From Candidatus Poribacteria bacterium (GTDB taxonomy: Bacteria; Poribacteria; WGA-4E; WGA-3G): 64,000 bases of DNA. The stretch covers positions 96,001 to 160,000 of the forward strand of contig CAXXUA010000003.1 of assembly GCA_963663765.2 (NCBI GenBank), in the 5' to 3' direction. The position numbers were made by a program, and so were the translations under genes. Below the pieces are notes generated by a model. That model saw nothing but the letters and a program-made list of their open reading frames with translations, ran no database searches and was not told where the DNA came from. Of the stretch, positions 58,570 through 64,000 are shown piece by piece. Every line of letters begins with the position of its first letter. Position 1 is the first letter of the stretch.

Positions 58570-58685
58570 TTTTTTATCCTTCTATAGTCGCTTTGCCCGA
58601 TTAGAAGTAGAGAGTCTTATGTCGGGCAGTCTTTAGATATTATATGATTCTTGACATATCATTGGGATGTTTGAAATCTAACACG

Positions 58686-60635
58686 TTAGATGCTTAATTT
58701 TTCCACATCTCTATTACCAATTGCCAAACCGTATATCTCGCGAGTGACAATAATGGCTGTGAACATACTCGCAAGGATACCAATACCGAGCGTAACCGCA
58801 AAACCTTTAATCGGGCCAGTACCGAAATGGTAAAGGACAAGAGCAGTAAAGAACGTTGTGAGGTTTGCATCCAAGATCGTTATAAATGCGCGTTGATAGC
58901 CGCTTGTAATTGCAGACCATACCTTTTTGCCTGATCGCAATTCCTCCCGAATTCGTTCAAAGATGAGAACATTCGCATCAACAGCCATACCGATAGTAAG
59001 CACAAGTCCCGCGATACCCGGCAGTGTCAATGCCGCTCCAAATCCTGCCAATGCACCGAGTATAATTACCATATTAAACACGAGTGCAATAATGGCTATT
59101 AGACCTGATAATCGGTAGTAAATTATCATGAACACCAAGACGAAACCTAATCCGAAAATAGCTGCTTTGACTCCATTTTCAATAGACTTTTGACCGAGGG
59201 AGGGACCGACAGTCCGTTCTTCTCCCACTTGCACACCGACTGGGAAAGCACCCGCTTTCAAGATATTTGAAAGATATTCAGCCTCTTGAAAAGTAAAGCT
59301 GCCCTCAATAACTGCATTGCCTCTAATCTGTGTGTTGATGACAGGTGCTGACTGCACCTTGTCGTCAAGCAGGATTGCCAGATGTTCACCGATATGATCA
59401 CCCGTGATTCTTGCAAATTTGGTTTCACCTTCACTGTCAAAATCCATGAGAACAACGATTTCAAAACTTGTATTTCCAGTAGAAGGTCTGGCATCATCAA
59501 TGTTTTGCCCTGTCAGCAGTACCGGACTCTCCACAACATACCATCCACCCGTTTCATAATGATAACGGATTTCAGTGTTCTCTGGGAGAATATCCGGGGG
59601 TGGTGTATCAGCTGAACCCGCCCATAGATTACCTCCTGACTCAGGTTTTTTCACCATCTTGAATTCCAAACGTCCCATCGTTTGCACAATCCGAAGCGGA
59701 CCGGAGGAATCCTTTGCACCCGGTAATTCAATGATAATACGTGGACGGTTTGCTTCCTGACGAATAGATGGTTCAGCCACACCGAAAGCATCTACACGAT
59801 TTCGTAATACAATCAATACCTGCTGAATTGCCTTGTCGCTGTATTCTTGCATGCCTTTCGGACTTAGACGTAACTGATACGTTGATTGTTTATCGCTTTC
59901 AGAAATAACCTGTACATCCTCAAAGAATTCAATATCGTTAAGTAGTTGGGCAGTTTTCTCCAAATACTCCTTCTTTTTTTCGGGATCAGACTGGAATCGG
60001 GATGGGAGTTGAACCAACACGTTAAGTGCGTCTTCACCACTTACCTGTTCAGCTTCACGGCATAAGATCTCTTCTGCCTTTAACATATCAGGAATAGAGA
60101 ATGAGTTTGTTTTTAGCAATTCTCTTTTTGACTTCTCAAGATCAACTTCAAGGACGAGGTGTACACCACCTTTCAGGTCTAAGCCTAACTTCAATCTGTT
60201 GTTAGGCAGTATCTTCCGCAACGTAATTGGAAGACTACCGAAAAGGTGTAAATTCTCCAATGTTGTTGCAGGTTCTTCTTTAGCTTTCTCAGAAATAAGT
60301 CTTACGAAGAATTCCTTTGTTTCTGTCGTATCAAATTGATAGTCTACCTCTTCCTTAAATCCAAGTTTCTCCATTTGAACAATAAAGACATCCTGAACTT
60401 CATCAATTGCTTCTTGAAAACTTATTCCAGTCGGTAATTTTACGTCAGTTAAGTCAACTTTGAAAGCACTATCATCGGTGACTTCAAATGGGGGAAGTGC
60501 CTCCTGTAAATTCAGTGGTAGATTTCCATACAAAGGAAGGTATAATCTATCTGGTGTAGGGATAAGGTATAAAACTGATAACAGCAATACACCTAAGATT
60601 AAAACAATTTTCCAGATATTGAATCTGTACATCAA
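58686..60635 (-). CDS. secD: Protein translocase subunit SecD
   Basis: LGLDLKGG, RVDAFGVAEP, VGPSLG, GMAVDANVLIFERIREE. Confidence 0.96.
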   Translation of the reverse strand: MMYRFNIWKIVLILGVLLLSVLYLIPTPDRLYLPLYGNLPLNLQEALPPFEVTDDSAFKVDLTDVKLPTGISFQEAIDEVQDVFIVQMEKLGFKEEVDYQFDTTETKEFFVRLISEKAKEEPATTLENLHLFGSLPITLRKILPNNRLKLGLDLKGGVHLVLEVDLEKSKRELLKTNSFSIPDMLKAEEILCREAEQVSGEDALNVLVQLPSRFQSDPEKKKEYLEKTAQLLNDIEFFEDVQVISESDKQSTYQLRLSPKGMQEYSDKAIQQVLIVLRNRVDAFGVAEPSIRQEANRPRIIIELPGAKDSSGPLRIVQTMGRLEFKMVKKPESGGNLWAGSADTPPPDILPENTEIRYHYETGGWYVVESPVLLTGQNIDDARPSTGNTSFEIVVLMDFDSEGETKFARITGDHIGEHLAILLDDKVQSAPVINTQIRGNAVIEGSFTFQEAEYLSNILKAGAFPVGVQVGEERTVGPSLGQKSIENGVKAAIFGLGFVLVFMIIYYRLSGLIAIIALVFNMVIILGALAGFGAALTLPGIAGLVLTIGMAVDANVLIFERIREELRSGKKVWSAITSGYQRAFITILDANLTTFFTALVLYHFGTGPIKGFAVTLGIGILASMFTAIIVTREIYGLAIGNRDVEKLSI

Positions 60636-60696
60636 ATGCTCCTATATTCTAAAACGATATTTATTGACAGCAGAATACCGCAGAAAGTCTTGTAGG

Positions 60697-60769
60697 TGCG
60701 CCTGGGAGGAATCGAACCCCCGACACGAGGCTTAGGAAGCCTCTGCTCTATCCCCTGAGCTACAGGCGC
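60697..60769 (-). tRNA. tRNA-Arg (anticodon CCT); CCA not fully encoded
   Basis: GCGCCTG acceptor stem, TAGCTCAGGGGATAGAGC D-arm, GAGGC-TTCCTAA-GCCTC anticodon arm, GGTTCGATTCC T-arm. Confidence 0.95.
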
Positions 60770-60849
60770 GCTTACCGCTAAACCTTTCTTGGTTACACTC
60801 TGCTGCATTCTGTTGATATGCGCAATATGAAATTAAAACACAGTATCAG

Positions 60850-61365
60850 CTAATATTCAACGAGAGAAAAAATCGGTTGATTTTTCACTTTCTTTCGTCC
60901 CTCGAATTCTGTAAGCTCCAACAACAGTGCAATGCCTGCTATGTTCCCACCAACTTTTTTGACAAGTTCAACCGATGCTGCCAGAGTTCCGCCGGTAGCT
61001 AAAACATCATCACATATCAGGACGCGGCTCCCTATTGGAAAAGCATCTTGATGGATAGCAAGTGTGTCAGCTCCGTATTCAAGGTCGTAGGTCACTTCAT
61101 AGCTATCAAAAGGTAACTTGCCACTTTTACGGATAGGAACAAAACCGATACCCAGACGATGTGCTAAAGCTGCGCCGAGAATAAAACCCCGAGCGTCAAT
61201 GCCTACGATTACGTCTATCACATCAGATCTAAAACGGTTTACAAATACTTCAACTGCAGCATTAAAGGCTAATCCATTTCCTAATAGTGGTGTTATATCT
61301 TTAAAAGACACGCCGGGTTTAGGGAAATTCGGTATGTCTCGTATAAATTTTGTAAAATCGCTCAT
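60850..61365 (-). CDS. apt: Adenine phosphoribosyltransferase
   Basis: IPNFPKPGVSFKDITPLL, DARGF, RKSGKLP, DDVLATGGT. Confidence 0.96.
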   Translation of the reverse strand: MSDFTKFIRDIPNFPKPGVSFKDITPLLGNGLAFNAAVEVFVNRFRSDVIDVIVGIDARGFILGAALAHRLGIGFVPIRKSGKLPFDSYEVTYDLEYGADTLAIHQDAFPIGSRVLICDDVLATGGTLAASVELVKKVGGNIAGIALLLELTEFEGRKKVKNQPIFSLVEY

Positions 61366-61396
61366 ATTTATTTTTTATTTGTTGTGCTGCACTGTA

Positions 61397-62449
61397 TTAT
61401 GTAGTTGCAGCGTGAGGATGAATCATAATTTTCATGCCCTTTCGGGATTCCATTGCTTCAAATGCCTTGTCAATTTCAATGAGTGGAAAATGATGTGTGA
61501 TCAGTGGTTGTACACGGACTAATCCTTTTTCAAGAAGTCGCACCGCTAACTCGTGGTGACGTGGCACACATCCATGCGAACCTGTAAGGAAACACTCCTT
61601 ATAGTGAATCGTGTTGGAAAGCACACTCATTGGTCGCATGTTTTTTGGCAATCCGCCGAACAGATTGACATACCCGCGGTGTGCTACCATTTCAACACCT
61701 TGTTCGTGTGCTTCAACGGACGCGCAAGTTGTGACAACAATATCCGGTCCCTCTCCATCGGTTTCTTCTCGGCAGCGTTCCACCACATCCTCCTCTTCTG
61801 AGGCGATATAGACATCTGCTTCGTAGAATTTCGCGATCTCCATGCGGAGTTTACTACGTTGTATACCAATAACTTTCGTCGCTCCCATCACGCGAGCAAG
61901 GTCTATCATCATACATCCGATCGGTCCCAATCCGATAATGACAACGGTCTTACCGAGAGACATATTGACTAATTCAAGTCCATTTATTGCACAAGCAAGG
62001 GGTTCAGCGAGGGCAGCTTCATCAAAACTGAGGGTGGTATCAAACGGGGTAACTGGTCCTTCTTCCAGAACCAATCGGGGGAGTTTCATATATTGTGCGA
62101 AAGCACCAGGAATTTGGTAACCGATAGCGTAGTTAATTTCACAGTTGTTGCCGAGTCCGTTCCGACACCAATGACATTGTCCACACGGTACATCTGCACC
62201 GATGGAGACGCGGTCACCTTCTTTCACACGTGTCACATTTTTACCGACTTTGACAATTACGCCTGAGTTTTCGTGTCCAATGATTGTTGGGGGTTTGACG
62301 CGGGGATTACCATGATGGAAAATGCGGACATCAGATCCACAAATACTGACTGCTTCAACACGCATCAATGCAGAGTCATTATCTATTTCCGGTTCCGGAA
62401 CATCTTGTACACTTAGTTTTTCAAGGCTTTCAAGTATAGCCGCTTTCAT
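61397..62449 (-). CDS. Zinc-dependent alcohol dehydrogenase (sorbitol/iditol dehydrogenase-like)
   Basis: ICGSD, GHE, CGQCHWC, GLGPIG. Confidence 0.9.
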   Translation of the reverse strand: MKAAILESLEKLSVQDVPEPEIDNDSALMRVEAVSICGSDVRIFHHGNPRVKPPTIIGHENSGVIVKVGKNVTRVKEGDRVSIGADVPCGQCHWCRNGLGNNCEINYAIGYQIPGAFAQYMKLPRLVLEEGPVTPFDTTLSFDEAALAEPLACAINGLELVNMSLGKTVVIIGLGPIGCMMIDLARVMGATKVIGIQRSKLRMEIAKFYEADVYIASEEEDVVERCREETDGEGPDIVVTTCASVEAHEQGVEMVAHRGYVNLFGGLPKNMRPMSVLSNTIHYKECFLTGSHGCVPRHHELAVRLLEKGLVRVQPLITHHFPLIEIDKAFEAMESRKGMKIMIHPHAATT

Positions 62450-62492
62450 AGTTTCCTTTGTTTATTGTTAGTGTCTAAAACCTGTTGTCTAT

Positions 62493-63557
62493 TTACGTTG
62501 GATGGATAAGCACTTTTGCGTAAAACTCGCTTTTTTCCTTCATCATGTGTAGTGTTTTTGTGCTATCTATTAACGGAACCTTGTGTGTAATCAGTGGTGA
62601 AAGATCCAAGTCACCAGATGCCATTGCATGAAGCACTGTTCTCCAGTCGTCATCGTTACCAGATATGCTAAAATCGGAATTCCATGTCCCTAACACGCGA
62701 ACCTCACGTCGCATCAATTGTGAAATAAGCGATGCAGGTAGGGTTACATCTGCATCAGGATTCCCAAGCAAAACAACACTACCACCACGGCGAACACTTC
62801 CTAACGCATGAAGATAAGTCTGTGGTACTCCCGCAGCTTCAATACAAATGTGTGCGCCTTTGCCTTCAGTCTGTGCGTTCACGACCTCAACTGGGTCTGC
62901 TAATATACTGTTAAAGACTCCATCAAAACCGATTTCTTTTGCTAACTCAAGCTTCTCCGTGACAATATCAAACAACAATACCTGTTCCGACCCCATTATT
63001 CTTGACCACTGTGCTACCATCAATCCAATTGGACCAGCACCGAAGATAGTAACTGTCTTGCCGACAAGCGAATCTTGCACTCTCCGTAGTGCGTGAAGTG
63101 CAACAGCAGCGGGTTCAGTCTGTGCTGCTTCTTCTAAAGAGACACTATCTGGTACGCGAATAATATTTTCCTGCGGTGCAACTACATATTCAGCAAAAGC
63201 ACCGTCACTTCGTGAACCGAGGTAGTCGTAATCGCTGCATTGGACATATTTTCCACCTTCACACGCTTCACACTTTCCACACCAGATCAGTGGAAAAACG
63301 ACCACATTATCACCGTCCGAGAAACCTTCAACACCTGATCCACTCTTGTCTATCGTCCCAGCAAATTCGTGTCCGCAGACAGTGGGAAAATTATAAGTGC
63401 CTTTAGAGAATATCCTTGGAATATCTGAACCGCAAACACCACAAAAACCAATTCGAACGCGGACCTGTCCTTCAGAGACGTTTGGAATGGGTATCTGTGC
63501 TAACCGTAAATCCCCAACATCATGCAGCACAAGTGCCTGCATCAGACTGTTATGCAT
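62493..63557 (-). CDS. Zinc-dependent dehydrogenase (galactitol-1-phosphate 5-dehydrogenase-like)
   Basis: VCGSDIPR, GHEF, CGKCEAC, GAGPIG; start set at ATG 63557. Confidence 0.88.
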   Translation of the reverse strand: MHNSLMQALVLHDVGDLRLAQIPIPNVSEGQVRVRIGFCGVCGSDIPRIFSKGTYNFPTVCGHEFAGTIDKSGSGVEGFSDGDNVVVFPLIWCGKCEACEGGKYVQCSDYDYLGSRSDGAFAEYVVAPQENIIRVPDSVSLEEAAQTEPAAVALHALRRVQDSLVGKTVTIFGAGPIGLMVAQWSRIMGSEQVLLFDIVTEKLELAKEIGFDGVFNSILADPVEVVNAQTEGKGAHICIEAAGVPQTYLHALGSVRRGGSVVLLGNPDADVTLPASLISQLMRREVRVLGTWNSDFSISGNDDDWRTVLHAMASGDLDLSPLITHKVPLIDSTKTLHMMKEKSEFYAKVLIHPT

Positions 63558-64000
63558 CACACCCTCTTTTTGAAAGCCCAAGTGAAATTGCCTGATGAAT
63601 CCGAGTTATACTTTCTGAACGAGAACCTGCTTTATGAAAAACGCTACTGCTGCCACCGACCAAGATGTTCGCCCCAGCTGCAACCATAAACGGGATATTT
63701 TCAAAACTGACGTTCCCATCAACTTCAATCGGGATGTTCACCCCGCGTTCATTCAAAAATGCCCGACAATCCGAAATCTTTTGTAGCGTCGCTGGGACCA
63801 TTCTCTGACCAGCAAAACCCGGATTGACCGTCATAATCAGCACAAAGTCGAGACGATCAATAACATACTCCATCGCGAAAAGCGGTGTCGCTGGGTTCAA
63901 AGCAACACCCGCTTTTATACCATGTGCTTGAATTTCCGATAAAGTTCTATCCAGATGTGTAGCAGATTCTGCATGTACAGCGATTTGTTGAACACCAATG
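63550..64000 (-). CDS. rpe: Ribulose-phosphate 3-epimerase family protein (5' part outside the window)
   Basis: NPATP, IMTVNPGFAGQ, IEVDG, AGANILVGGSS; could be an AlsE-type paralogue. Confidence 0.8.
   Translation of the reverse strand, partial: IGVQQIAVHAESATHLDRTLSEIQAHGIKAGVALNPATPLFAMEYVIDRLDFVLIMTVNPGFAGQRMVPATLQKISDCRAFLNERGVNIPIEVDGNVSFENIPFMVAAGANILVGGSSSVFHKAGSRSESITRIHQAISLGLSKRGCDA

Noticed and set aside
60697-60769. tRNA-Arg as integration site of the island
   Set aside because: It is flanked by apt and secD, and no duplicate of its 3' end was seen in the window

Overview
Bacterial chromosomal window. The gene repertoire (WD40 and LRR secreted proteins, FGE/SUMF1 paralogues, PhyH, DUF1549/DUF1553 cytochrome, C-terminal K-L-x-x-W/L-G-x-I-K motif, DUF433, Uma2) suggests Candidatus Poribacteria or a similar sponge symbiont; this is inference, not a database result. 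Positions 1-31.5 kb carry carbohydrate, oxidoreductase and secreted repeat-protein genes. Positions ~31.55-48.9 kb form a decayed accessory island with a pseudogenised tandem-wHTH gene, a DNA methyltransferase-HNH fusion, a TIR/SEFIR protein, two copies of a leader + membrane-protein cassette, a Cys/His-rich secreted protein, an intact IS4-like element, a dead IS5-like element, a ClpP-class protease and DUF2806. Positions 49-64 kb are mostly housekeeping (HU, GHMP kinase, MoxR, sigma-54 activator, secF, secD, tRNA-Arg(CCT), apt, two zinc dehydrogenases, rpe). The most unusual signal is intergenic. At least six families of miniature non-autonomous elements, each with its own terminal inverted repeat (TIR) and mostly its own target-site duplication (TSD) length, carry REP-like palindromes, nest inside one another and are tandemly amplified. 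A 34-60 bp micro-element (GGGGAAT-variable hairpin-ATTCATACCGTTGATTT) is also inserted at C|G steps inside unrelated REP palindromes at four loci, without a consistent TSD. No CRISPR array, RAYT transposase, integrase or reverse transcriptase was seen. All alignments and folds were done by eye.
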